Notes: a model not told the origin generated them from the sequence alone. DNA of 46,407 nucleotides from Candidatus Faecisoma merdavium (GCA_018716405.1 DVJX01000042.1:1-46407); one strand, 5' to 3'. Positions 13,343 through 22,819 are shown, counted from the first letter of the stretch. A program made the numbers and translations.

Positions 13343-15790
13343 ATGCCTTTTGAATATATTTCAGTTAAAGATATAAAAAAATATAATTTAGATTATGATA
13401 AAGTAAAAATGCATAATCAAAAATATATTAAAGAAGCATTAATCAAATATAAAGATTATTTTAATAATATGTATAAAGGAATAGATGATAATATTGTTTT
13501 AGATGAAGAACAAAGAATTGCTATACTAACTGATGAAGATTATAATTTAATAATAGCAGGGGCAGGTGCTGGTAAAACTACTACTATGGCTGCTAAAGTT
13601 AAGTTTTTAGTTGATATAAAAAAAGTAGATCCAAATGATATAATATTAATATCTTATACAAATAAAGCGGTATCTGAATTAAAACAAAGAATTAATAAAG
13701 ATTTTAAAATACCAGCTTTAGTTTGTACGTTTCATAAATTTGGTGTTGAAATATTAAAAAGTAATACAGATGAACATTTAAAAGTATTAACTAATTCTTA
13801 TAATTTAGTTAAAGATTATTTTGATAAAGAGTTATGTAATGATAATAAAAAATTAAAAGAGTTTTTAAAATTTTTTGTATTTTATTTTGATATACCTAAT
13901 TTTGCTTTAAAATTTAATAGTTTAAATGAATATTTTAATTATAAGAAAAGAAATGATTATATTACTTTAAAATCAAGATTAAATGATTATAATAAACAAG
14001 TAATTGATGAACGAACTAATAAAAGGTATACTATTTTAGGTGAGTTTTTAAAATCAAATGAAGAAGTAATGATAGCTAATTTTTTATATTTAAACAATAT
14101 TGATTATGAATATGAAAAGCCTTATCCTAAATTAGATAAAAGTAAAACTTATTTACCAGATTTTACTATTTATCAAGGAGAAAGAGTGTTTTATTTAGAA
14201 CATTACAGTTTAAATAAAAATGGATATAATAAATTATATGGTTATATAAATAGTTTAAAATATAAATATCAAATTAATAATAAAAGAAAAATACATAAAT
14301 TAAATAATACAACTTTAATTGAAACTTATTCAAGTAATGATTTGTTAAAAGATTTAAAAAATGAGTTGTTAAAACATAATATTATATTAAATCCGAAAAA
14401 AGATATTGAAGTATATTCTAAATTAGTTGATACTTCTAAAGATGTTTATTATACTAGGTTTATAATATTTTGTTTAAATTTTATACAAGGATTTAAAATA
14501 AAAGGTTATACGAAAGAAGATTTTTCTAAATTAAAACATATTTATACTGATGAGCGAACTAATTTATTTTTAAATTTTGTTGAAGGTGTATATGATTATT
14601 ATCAAGAACAATTAAAAATAAATAATTATATTGATTTTGAAGATATGATAAATGAAGCTTATTACAAATTAGATAATACTAAATTAAATTATAAATATGT
14701 GATTATTGATGAGTATCAAGATATCTCGATGCAACGATTTAATTTAACAAAAAAAATAGGGGAAGTAAGTGATTCTAAAATAATAGCTGTTGGTGATGAT
14801 TTTCAAAGTATATTTGCTTTTGCAGGAAGTGATATATCATTATTTACAGAGTTTAAAGATTTAATGGGATATGCAGAATTGTTACAAATAACGCATACTT
14901 ATCGTAATAGTCAACAATTGATTGATGTAGCAGGTAAATTTGTTATGACTAATAATAAACAAATAAAAAAGAAATTAGTATCTCCTAAAAGATTAAAAAA
15001 TCCAGTTATGGTTATTGCTTATGATGATTCTTCTAATAAATTAAAAAATAAGATTAGTATGTTAAATAGTTGTTTAAAAGATATTCAAAATAAATTTGGT
15101 GATAAACAAAAGATACTATTAATTGGTAGATATAATTTTGAAAAATATTATTTAATAAATAGTGAAGATTTTTATGAAATAGGTAGTGATAAAATAAAAG
15201 CTAAAAAATTTCCTAATTTTGAAATTGATTTTTTATCAGCCCATTCTTCTAAAGGATTAGGTTATGATCAAGTAATTATTTTAAATGGTGATGATGGAAC
15301 TTATGGTTTTCCATCTCAAATTAAAGATGATCCAATTATGAAAATAATTAATGTAGAAGATAAATCATTTATATTTGCTGAAGAAAGAAGATTATTTTAT
15401 GTAGCATTAACTAGAACTAAAAATAAAGTTTATATTTTAACACCAGTTAATAAACCGTCTGATTTTATTTTAGAAATAATTAAATATGATAATGTATCCT
15501 TATATAATAAAACGGGTATCAAATTATCAAAAAAACCACATATATGTCCAAAGTGTGGTTATCCATTAATTAGAAAATATAATAGTTTTAAAATAAATAA
15601 TTTATATGTTTGTTCTAATGATAAAGAATTGTGTAGTTTTAAAACTAATAATTTAAAATATAAAAAAGAAATAAAAAAGTGTCCAAAATGTGATGGAGAA
15701 TTGATTGTTAAACATAGTAACAAGAAAAATTATGATTTTATAGGTTGTACTAATTATCATAAAGGATGTAATTATACAGAAAATATTTAA
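13343..15790 (+). CDS. UvrD/Rep superfamily-1 helicase, helicase IV-like, with two C-terminal C4 zinc ribbons
   Basis: AGAGAGKTTT (motif I), IIDEYQDIS (II), VGDDFQSIFAFAGSD (III), HTYRNS (IV), HSSKGLGYDQVI (V), ERRLFYVALTRTKNKVYI (VI). The N-terminal IANFLYLNNIDYEYEKPY...YLPDFTI...YLEH segment resembles E. coli helicase IV. Ribbons: CPKCGYPL...CSNDKELC and CPKCDGEL...CTNYHKGC. Confidence 0.85.
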   Translation: MPFEYISVKDIKKYNLDYDKVKMHNQKYIKEALIKYKDYFNNMYKGIDDNIVLDEEQRIAILTDEDYNLIIAGAGAGKTTTMAAKVKFLVDIKKVDPNDIILISYTNKAVSELKQRINKDFKIPALVCTFHKFGVEILKSNTDEHLKVLTNSYNLVKDYFDKELCNDNKKLKEFLKFFVFYFDIPNFALKFNSLNEYFNYKKRNDYITLKSRLNDYNKQVIDERTNKRYTILGEFLKSNEEVMIANFLYLNNIDYEYEKPYPKLDKSKTYLPDFTIYQGERVFYLEHYSLNKNGYNKLYGYINSLKYKYQINNKRKIHKLNNTTLIETYSSNDLLKDLKNELLKHNIILNPKKDIEVYSKLVDTSKDVYYTRFIIFCLNFIQGFKIKGYTKEDFSKLKHIYTDERTNLFLNFVEGVYDYYQEQLKINNYIDFEDMINEAYYKLDNTKLNYKYVIIDEYQDISMQRFNLTKKIGEVSDSKIIAVGDDFQSIFAFAGSDISLFTEFKDLMGYAELLQITHTYRNSQQLIDVAGKFVMTNNKQIKKKLVSPKRLKNPVMVIAYDDSSNKLKNKISMLNSCLKDIQNKFGDKQKILLIGRYNFEKYYLINSEDFYEIGSDKIKAKKFPNFEIDFLSAHSSKGLGYDQVIILNGDDGTYGFPSQIKDDPIMKIINVEDKSFIFAEERRLFYVALTRTKNKVYILTPVNKPSDFILEIIKYDNVSLYNKTGIKLSKKPHICPKCGYPLIRKYNSFKINNLYVCSNDKELCSFKTNNLKYKKEIKKCPKCDGELIVKHSNKKNYDFIGCTNYHKGCNYTENI

Positions 15791-15945
15791 TACCACATTT
15801 TTCCATAAATTTATCAAAATATTACCACAATGATATTATATACTTAATGTGTTGGAGGTGATAAATGAAGATATAAATTTAAAAATATAAAGAAAGAAGG
15901 TGGTATATGAATAAATTTATGTTATACTAAAAATAGGTGATAAAT

Positions 15946-16602
15946 GTGTATAAGATTTGTTTAGTAGAAGATGAAATGTCATTAAATAATTTAATTAAGT
16001 CCTATATGGAAAAAGAGGGATATGAAGTAATCCAATTTTATAAAGGAAATGATGCTTTAGAATATATAGGTAAAGAAAAAATAGATCTTTGGGTTTTAGA
16101 TATTATGTTAGGTGATTCAATTAGCGGATATGATTTGATAAAAAAAATCAAAAGCTTGGACAAAAATGTTCCTGTTATATTCACATCAGCTCGTGATCAA
16201 GATCTGGATAAAATTTTAGGTCTTGAGTTAGGTAGTGATGATTATATCGCTAAACCATATTCACCAAAAGAATTGATGTTAAGAATCAACAATATATTAA
16301 AAAGAGTCTACACTAATTCTAATAAAATAAAATATGAAGATTATGAAATTGATATTGATAAAAGAATAGTTTTGCATAATAACAAAGAAATCAATTTAAC
16401 TACTTTAGAATTTGATTTACTATATATGTTTTTAAGTAATAAAGGTAAATCATATAGCCGAGATGATATATTAAATATTATTTGGGGAGAAAACTACTTT
16501 GGTAGTGATAGAGTAGTTGATGATTTGATAAGAAGATTAAGAAAGAAAATGCCTAAATTACATATTAATACAATTTATGGCTTTGGGTACCGTTTAACAT
16601 GA
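15946..16602 (+). CDS. OmpR-family response regulator
   Basis: Receiver domain (LVEDE, DLWVLDIMLG, KPY) plus winged-helix output (LTTLEFDLL, GFGYRL). GTG 15946 follows SD AGGTGA; the track start is 15937. Confidence 0.85.
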   Translation: MYKICLVEDEMSLNNLIKSYMEKEGYEVIQFYKGNDALEYIGKEKIDLWVLDIMLGDSISGYDLIKKIKSLDKNVPVIFTSARDQDLDKILGLELGSDDYIAKPYSPKELMLRINNILKRVYTNSNKIKYEDYEIDIDKRIVLHNNKEINLTTLEFDLLYMFLSNKGKSYSRDDILNIIWGENYFGSDRVVDDLIRRLRKKMPKLHINTIYGFGYRLT

Positions 16603-17846
16603 TTAAGGCTACCTTATATAGACAATTAATTTCATTGGCTGTTATTATATGTGGAATTATATTTATAAGTTTGGGTCTACTCCTCCCAAAACTTTTACTC
16701 CCTATCTATGAAAAAAATATATATCAATATTTAAAACAACCATTAGAATTAGTAGGAGATAGTACTATTCAAGATGATTTTGAAGATATTGCATATTTAT
16801 ATGTTGTTGATGGAAAAATCATAGTATCTGATAATTTGGATGACATAATTACTCTTGATGCTAATCAAATATTTAATAAAATAAATAATGAATATGGTAA
16901 ATTTTCTTATTTGGGAAAAACATATTATTATTATAATATTAATTCTAATTATATAAATAAAATCGCAATTACTAATAATGATTATCTTTTGGAAATAAGA
17001 TATGATGTTATGAAAACATTACTTCCAGTAATAATTGGGACATTATTAATTGCAGTTGGAATTATTATATTATGGGCTAACCAAGTTGTTAGTAAAATAT
17101 ATCATCTAAAAGAGAAAGTCGATAATTTAGACAATGATGATTATGTTGATAAGTACAAATATATGGTAGATGATGAGTTAAGCACTTTAAACAAAGCTAT
17201 TGACGATATGAAATCTACCTTAAAAAAGCAAGAAGAATACAAAAATCAAATGTATCAAAATATTTCTCATGATTTTAAAACTCCACTTACTGTTATAAAA
17301 TCACATATGGAAGCCATTGAGGATGGAATAATGGATGCTCAAACTGGTGGAAGTATTATTAAAGAACAAATAAATAAACTCGAAATAAAAGTACACTCCC
17401 TTTTATACTTAAATAAATTAGTATATCTCAAAGATGTAGAAAAAAAAGATGAAAAAGTTGATATAAAATCAATTGTTAAAAGTAGTGTTGACAAATTCAA
17501 AATACAACGACCAGATGTTAATTTTACTGTTAATATAAGTGGCAAAACTATATTTAATGGTACATTAGACATGTGGGAAGCGATAATTGATAATTTATTA
17601 AATAATTTTATGAGATATGCTTTAAAAGAAATAAAAATAACAATTAAAAATAACAAAATTACACTATATAATGATGGACCCCATATTGATCCTAATATCC
17701 TAAATAATATATTTACTCCTTACAAAAAAGGGATAAAAGGACAATTTGGATTAGGTTTATCAATTGTAAAAAAAACCCTTAATTTATTAGGGTATGAAAT
17801 AACTGTTAATAATGAAAAAAAAGGTATTAGTTTTATTATAAAGTAA
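16599..17846 (+). CDS. Sensor histidine kinase (two TM helices, HisKA plus HATPase_c)
   Basis: H box ISHDFKTPLT, N box LLNNFMRYA, G box GLGLSIVK. ATGA overlap with the regulator gene. Confidence 0.85.
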   Translation: MIKATLYRQLISLAVIICGIIFISLGLLLPKLLLPIYEKNIYQYLKQPLELVGDSTIQDDFEDIAYLYVVDGKIIVSDNLDDIITLDANQIFNKINNEYGKFSYLGKTYYYYNINSNYINKIAITNNDYLLEIRYDVMKTLLPVIIGTLLIAVGIIILWANQVVSKIYHLKEKVDNLDNDDYVDKYKYMVDDELSTLNKAIDDMKSTLKKQEEYKNQMYQNISHDFKTPLTVIKSHMEAIEDGIMDAQTGGSIIKEQINKLEIKVHSLLYLNKLVYLKDVEKKDEKVDIKSIVKSSVDKFKIQRPDVNFTVNISGKTIFNGTLDMWEAIIDNLLNNFMRYALKEIKITIKNNKITLYNDGPHIDPNILNNIFTPYKKGIKGQFGLGLSIVKKTLNLLGYEITVNNEKKGISFIIK

Positions 17847-17910
17847 TATCTTTTTTTATTTACTTTTTATAAAAAAAAATGTATAATTGTATTATAATTG
17901 GAGGGATAAA

Positions 17911-19677
17911 ATGTTAGGGCATATAATAGGTATTGTTGATGAACAAATTTTACTTAAACTAGCAATTGATATTACTAAATTTGAAAACTTAGTTAATGTT
18001 TATGTTATTATAGAAGATAACAATAAAAAAATAATTGGAGAAATAATTGATATTAAAGATGGTATTGCTTATATTAATTTATTGGGTGAATTAATTAATG
18101 ATAAATTTGTGTTTGGTGTAATGGTAAAACCATCGTTTAGTTCAACAGTAAAACTTATTTCAAAAGAAAAAGTTCCTATGATAATAAGTATTGATAATTA
18201 TCAAGAAGACAAAGATGTATATTTTGGAACTAGCCCAGTTTATGAAGGGGTTAAAATAGGTGTAAATATTAATCAATTTTTCAGTAGTCATTTTGCTATA
18301 TTAGGTTCAACAGGTTCTGGTAAATCATGTGGTGTTGCACGAATAATTCAAAATATTTTTGATAAAAAAAGATTCATCCCATATAAAGCAAGTCTATTTA
18401 TATTTGATGCATATGGAGAGTATCATAATTCATTTAAAAATATAGGAAGTGAAGAAATATCATTTAAAGCATATACGACTAAATTACAATTTAGTGAAAC
18501 TGAAATAATAAAAATTCCTTTGTGGCTTTTAGATGTAGATGACATAGCATTATTATTAAATGCAACTAGTGTATCACAACTTCCAATAATAGAAAAAGCT
18601 ATCAAGTTAGTAAAAATTTTTGCTAGAGATGATGTAGATGTTGTAAAATATAAAAACGACATAATAGCAAGAGCTTTACTTGATATTTTATCTAGCGGAA
18701 ATCCTCCAGCACAAATAAGAGATCAAATATTTTCAATTTTATCTTTTTATAACACTAATGAGTTAAATTTAGATACTCCAATATTTCAACCAGGGTATAC
18801 TAGGCCGCTAAAACAATGCTTATTAATTGATGCTTCTGGAAAAATTAGAGAGATGGAACTACTAACTAATTTTATTGAAAAATTCATAGATGATAATTTG
18901 CAAGTAAAATTACCAGACGCTGATATAATGTATACTTTAGAAGATTTAGAAAAAGCTTTTGCTTTTGCATTAATAAGTGAAGGTATATTAAATAGTGATA
19001 AAGTATATGATGAATCAAATGTTTTAAAGGTAAGATTACATTCAATTGTAAATAGTGAATATAAGAAGTATTTTGATTATGATAAATTTATTACAAAAGA
19101 ACAATACATTAAAGAATTATTGATTATGCCGAATGGAAGAAAAGCACAAATAATTAATTTTAATATTAATTATGTCGATGATAGATTTGCTAAGGTATTG
19201 GTTAAAATTTATTCAAAATTATTATTTAATTACTCAAAAGAATCTGCTAATAGAGCAACTTTACCATTTCATATTTTATTAGAAGAAGCACATAGATATG
19301 TCCAAAATGATATTGATACTGAATTATTAGGGTATAATATATTTGATCGAATCACTAAAGAAGGAAGAAAATATGGGGTTTTATTAGGACTTATTTCTCA
19401 AAGACCAAGTGAATTATCCGAAACATCATTATCACAATGTAGTAATTTTTTAATATTTAAAATGTTACATCCTGTTGATGTTGAATATATAAGAAAAATG
19501 GTTCCTAACATAACTAATGAAATAACAAAAAGATTAAGAATATTACAACCTGGGAATTGTATTGCATTTGGTTCAGCCTTTAAAGTTCCTGTTATGATAA
19601 AATTAGATATGCCAAATCCTGCTCCATCTAGTAGTAGTTGTGATATTAGCAAAAATTGGTTCATTGAAAAAAAATAG
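17911..19677 (+). CDS. HerA-like (DUF87) FtsK/HerA-superfamily ATPase with N-terminal HAS-barrel-like region
   Basis: Walker A LGSTGSGKS, Walker B HILLEEAHRY, and the C-terminal LISQRPSELSETSLSQCSNFLIFKM sensor region. Own extended -10 TGTATAAT (17879-17886) and SD GGAGGG precede ATG 17911; the track start is 17887. Confidence 0.8.
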   Translation: MLGHIIGIVDEQILLKLAIDITKFENLVNVYVIIEDNNKKIIGEIIDIKDGIAYINLLGELINDKFVFGVMVKPSFSSTVKLISKEKVPMIISIDNYQEDKDVYFGTSPVYEGVKIGVNINQFFSSHFAILGSTGSGKSCGVARIIQNIFDKKRFIPYKASLFIFDAYGEYHNSFKNIGSEEISFKAYTTKLQFSETEIIKIPLWLLDVDDIALLLNATSVSQLPIIEKAIKLVKIFARDDVDVVKYKNDIIARALLDILSSGNPPAQIRDQIFSILSFYNTNELNLDTPIFQPGYTRPLKQCLLIDASGKIREMELLTNFIEKFIDDNLQVKLPDADIMYTLEDLEKAFAFALISEGILNSDKVYDESNVLKVRLHSIVNSEYKKYFDYDKFITKEQYIKELLIMPNGRKAQIINFNINYVDDRFAKVLVKIYSKLLFNYSKESANRATLPFHILLEEAHRYVQNDIDTELLGYNIFDRITKEGRKYGVLLGLISQRPSELSETSLSQCSNFLIFKMLHPVDVEYIRKMVPNITNEITKRLRILQPGNCIAFGSAFKVPVMIKLDMPNPAPSSSSCDISKNWFIEKK

Positions 19678-19688
19678 TATTTTAAATA

Positions 19689-20669
19689 CTATTTTTTATA
19701 TAACTTCATTGTAGAATTGTATGAATCTTCGATAACTTCATCATGAATTACCATATTATATTTTTCTCTTAATCCAGCCCAATAAATTAAAGATGAATTG
19801 CTTTTGCTTAATAATTCTTCAATAATACCATCAATTACTTTATCTTTAACACTATCTAATGCTGGTTTTTCTTTTTGACTTACTTTATAAATAATGTGAT
19901 AACCATATTCTGTTTCAACAGCTTCTAAAGTCATTTCCCCAACGTTTAATTTTAAAGTAGCTTCCCAAAATTCTTTAATTAAATCTGTTTCATTAGTTAT
20001 ATTTTCTAACAGACCACCTTGACTAGCTGTTCCAATATCATCTGATTTTTCTTTTGCTAAATTAGCAAAGTCAGTTTCTAAATTTTCACTTTCTTTTAAT
20101 TGGTTGATTAAATTAGTAGCTTCTTCTAATGCTTTAGCTTTAGCATCCTTTTTTTCTGTATCAGTCATATCATCGGTAACATCTGGTTTGATTAAGATAT
20201 GTCTAACAGTTGCTTCTCCATAAATATTATCATTATAATATTCTTGAATATCTTCTTCTTTAATAACATCATTTTCTAAATATTTTTCTAAAACTAAATT
20301 TTGTTTATAACTGTTTTCAATGTCAGCTAAAAAATCTTTTTCACTAGAATAACCATATTGTAATAGAAGACTATTGAAATTATCTCTATAATATATTTTA
20401 TAAGTTTCTAGTTCAGATTCAGCTTCCTTCTTTGCTTCATCTCTCATTTCATCAGTTAATTCTTGTTCAGTTATATAATTGTTAACTAAGTTAATTAAAA
20501 CTCCTGTTCCACTATTCTTTTTAAGTTCATCATAAAATTCTTCAGCAGTAAATTGTTTACCATTTAATTCTACAACAACTTCTTTACCATCTACTAAAAC
20601 AGGTTCATGCTTACATCCTGTTACTAATAAAGGTATACACAATAATAGTAATAAATATCTTTTCTTCAT
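19689..20669 (-). CDS. prsA: PrsA-like foldase lipoprotein (parvulin peptidyl-prolyl isomerase)
   Basis: Lipobox LLVTGC. Parvulin core VRHILIK...GGLL...EYGYHIIY. Confidence 0.85.
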   Translation of the reverse strand: MKKRYLLLLLCIPLLVTGCKHEPVLVDGKEVVVELNGKQFTAEEFYDELKKNSGTGVLINLVNNYITEQELTDEMRDEAKKEAESELETYKIYYRDNFNSLLLQYGYSSEKDFLADIENSYKQNLVLEKYLENDVIKEEDIQEYYNDNIYGEATVRHILIKPDVTDDMTDTEKKDAKAKALEEATNLINQLKESENLETDFANLAKEKSDDIGTASQGGLLENITNETDLIKEFWEATLKLNVGEMTLEAVETEYGYHIIYKVSQKEKPALDSVKDKVIDGIIEELLSKSNSSLIYWAGLREKYNMVIHDEVIEDSYNSTMKLYKK

Positions 20670-20813
20670 AACTCATAATCCTTTCTTTTATTACTCGCAA
20701 AAACATTATAGCAAAATAAAATAAAAAAAACAATATTTTTTTATTATCTATCACAAAACTTTCAAAATTCCATACAATAATGTGAAAAGACAAATAAAGG
20801 AGGGCTGATTTAT

Positions 20814-20900
20814 ATGTGTTGTAATAACGGAATTTCTGGAGCTGCTATTGTTTTAGTACTTTTTATTCTTTTAATAATTATACTTGGAGCTTATCTATAA
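20814..20900 (+). CDS. YjcZ-like tiny transmembrane protein (28 aa), absent from the ORF track
   Basis: SD AAAGGAGGG (20796-20804), then ATG 20814. MCCNNGISGAAIVLVLFILLIIILGAYL; the core IVLVLFILLIIILGA resembles the YjcZ / tiny_TM_bacill family from memory. Confidence 0.6.
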   Translation: MCCNNGISGAAIVLVLFILLIIILGAYL

Positions 20901-20912
20901 GATAAAGGAGTA

Positions 20913-21008
20913 ATGTTTATGAATAAAAAAAATACATGTACAAATAATTATACTATTATAATTGTCTTATATATTTTATTGGCAGTTATATTAGGTGCGT
21001 GTTTATAA
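20913..21008 (+). CDS. Second tiny transmembrane protein (31 aa), paralogue-like
   Basis: SD AAAGGAG (20904-20910), then ATG 20913. MFMNKKNTCTNNYTIIIVLYILLAVILGACL, followed directly by a terminator. Confidence 0.5.
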   Translation: MFMNKKNTCTNNYTIIIVLYILLAVILGACL

Positions 21009-21028
21009 GAGGATATTCCTCTTTTTTT
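21008..21028 (+). terminator. Rho-independent terminator
   Basis: AGAGGA-TAT-TCCTCT followed by a T run. Confidence 0.7.
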
Positions 21029-21094
21029 ATTGAGTTTAATGTTTAAAAATGTTATAATTAACTTAGTAATATGTATGATAGGAGAGATAAAAAT

Positions 21095-22186
21095 ATGAAA
21101 AAATTATTAAAGAATAAGATTAAAAATTTTAAATCAAAGAAATTTGGTTTTACTTTGGTAGAATTATTAGCAGTAATAGTTATTTTAGGTGTGTTAACAT
21201 TAATAACATTTCCGATAATTGATGGAACTATAAAAAATAGTAAAGAAAAAGCATTAGCAAGTACGATTAAAAGTATTGAAGATGCAGCATATAATTATAG
21301 CACTAAAAATGATATAGGTTATCAGACATATTATAAAAAAATAACTTTAGATGAACTGGCAAAAGCAGGGCTTTTAGATAATGAAATAATTAATCCTGTA
21401 ACAAATAACAAAATGAATGGATGTGTATTATATAAATGGGATGAAACATATAAACAATATGAATTTAAATATGATGAAGAATGTTATATACCACTTCCAG
21501 AATCAATATCTTTTGCCGAAGATTCATGGGAAACAATACATACTTTAGTTGAAATGGGATTAGCTAGTGAATATTATAGTGTTGGAGATGAAAAAGAAGT
21601 AACATTAACTGGAACTTATGCTGGAACATACACAGTAAGAATAGCAAATATGTCAACTCCAACAGAGTGTAGTAATGAAGGATTTTCTCAGACAGCTTGT
21701 GGATTTGTTGTTGAATTTGTTGATATTATCACAAAGCATGGAATGAATTCTAATAATTCTAATAAAGGTGGATGGCCAGCAAGTGAAATGTATAGTTTTG
21801 TAAATAACGATATATATAATTCTTTATCAACTGAATTGAGAAACGTAATAATATATACATATACAGTGTCTGGTCATGGTAGTGCAGATTCATCAAATTT
21901 CATTTCAAATGATAGGTTATATTTGTTATCACCAAGAGAATTGTGGAATTCACAATACGGTATGGATGCGGATAAATCGAGACAATTAGATCATTATAAA
22001 AATAATAATGTAACAGCAAGTAACTATTCTGGAGAAATCAAAATGTATCAAGGCGTTGAGACGCCGTGGTGGCTTCGCACTGCTGAATATACTACTAATA
22101 TTGGATTTTCTACTGTTAATTATGGTTGGGATGCTGATGTTTCAGAAGAAGAATATGGTGTAGCGCCAGCTTTCAGAATAGGTTAA
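21095..22186 (+). CDS. Prepilin-type N-terminal cleavage/methylation-domain protein with large C-terminal DUF6273-like domain
   Basis: KKFGFTLVELLAVIVILGVL is a class III (type IV pilin) signal with Glu at +5. The C-terminus (LYLLSPRELW...WWLRTA...GVAPAFRIG) resembles DUF6273 from memory. SD AGGAGAG precedes ATG 21095. Confidence 0.7.
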   Translation: MKKLLKNKIKNFKSKKFGFTLVELLAVIVILGVLTLITFPIIDGTIKNSKEKALASTIKSIEDAAYNYSTKNDIGYQTYYKKITLDELAKAGLLDNEIINPVTNNKMNGCVLYKWDETYKQYEFKYDEECYIPLPESISFAEDSWETIHTLVEMGLASEYYSVGDEKEVTLTGTYAGTYTVRIANMSTPTECSNEGFSQTACGFVVEFVDIITKHGMNSNNSNKGGWPASEMYSFVNNDIYNSLSTELRNVIIYTYTVSGHGSADSSNFISNDRLYLLSPRELWNSQYGMDADKSRQLDHYKNNNVTASNYSGEIKMYQGVETPWWLRTAEYTTNIGFSTVNYGWDADVSEEEYGVAPAFRIG

Positions 22187-22262
22187 TTACTTTTAATGAT
22201 AAATTAATAATATTTAATTAATTAAAATCAAGGTATTTAGATTATAAAAAATATAATATATT

Positions 22263-22287
22263 AAACGACAAAAAAGTCGTTTTTTAT
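22263..22287 (+). terminator. Rho-independent terminator
   Basis: AACGAC-AAAAAA-GTCGTT followed by TTTTT. Confidence 0.7.
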
Positions 22288-22309
22288 TGTACAATTTTAC
22301 AAATATCTA

Positions 22310-22338
22310 TTTACAAAAATTTATAAAAAGAGTAAAAT
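22310..22338 (+). promoter_or_regulatory. Candidate Pmra promoter
   Basis: TTTACA (22310-22315), 17 nt, TAAAAT (22333-22338). Confidence 0.5.
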
Positions 22339-22342
22339 TATG

Positions 22343-22377
22343 GTGTAGAGTGGGTATAGGTGTCAAAAAGTGGGTGA
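22343..22377 (+). promoter_or_regulatory. Candidate MraZ operator: GTG[G/T] direct repeats at 10-bp spacing
   Basis: GTGTAGA GTGGGTATAG GTGTCAAAAA GTGGGTGA. Repeat starts are at 22343, 22350, 22360 and 22370, between the -10 and the mraZ ATG. Confidence 0.5.
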
Positions 22378-22382
22378 TAATT

Positions 22383-22811
22383 ATGTTTATGGGTGAATAT
22401 CATCATACAATCGATGATAAAGGAAGAATAACAATTCCATCAAAATTAAGATATGAATTAGGTGAACAATTTGTTGTTACAAAAGGTTTAGATGGATGCT
22501 TATTTATTTATCCTAAAGATGAATGGGATAACATTACCAAAAAATATAAAGAATTGCCTAATACTAAAGATGCCAGAAATTATTTAAGATTTTTCTTATC
22601 AGGAGCTATTATAGGTGAATTTGATAAACAAGGAAGGTTAAATATAACAGGACCACTTATAAAATATGCTGATTTAAAAAAAGAATGTGTTGTAATCGGC
22701 GTTAATGATAGATTAGAAATATGGAGTAAAGAAAGATTTGAACAATTCATGAAAGACAATGAAGATGTTATATCTGATATAGCAGAAAATCTATTTGCTT
22801 CAAATATTTAA
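22383..22811 (+). CDS. mraZ: Transcriptional regulator MraZ
   Basis: MFMGEYHHTIDDKGRITIPSKLR and a second DKQGRLNI half-domain (duplicated SpoVT/AbrB-like fold). The track start at 22287 would include the promoter. Confidence 0.9.
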   Translation: MFMGEYHHTIDDKGRITIPSKLRYELGEQFVVTKGLDGCLFIYPKDEWDNITKKYKELPNTKDARNYLRFFLSGAIIGEFDKQGRLNITGPLIKYADLKKECVVIGVNDRLEIWSKERFEQFMKDNEDVISDIAENLFASNI

Positions 22812-22819
22812 GGTGATTT

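Noticed and set aside
15865-15930. Two SD-preceded mini-ORFs upstream of the first response regulator (ATG AAG ATA TAA at 15865-15876; MNKFMLY at 15907-15930) as possible leader peptides.
   Set aside because: They are only 3 and 7 codons long. I could find no alternative terminator/antiterminator structure around them, and the SD-like GGTG strings may reflect a local duplication of the regulator start region (GGTGATAAATG occurs twice).
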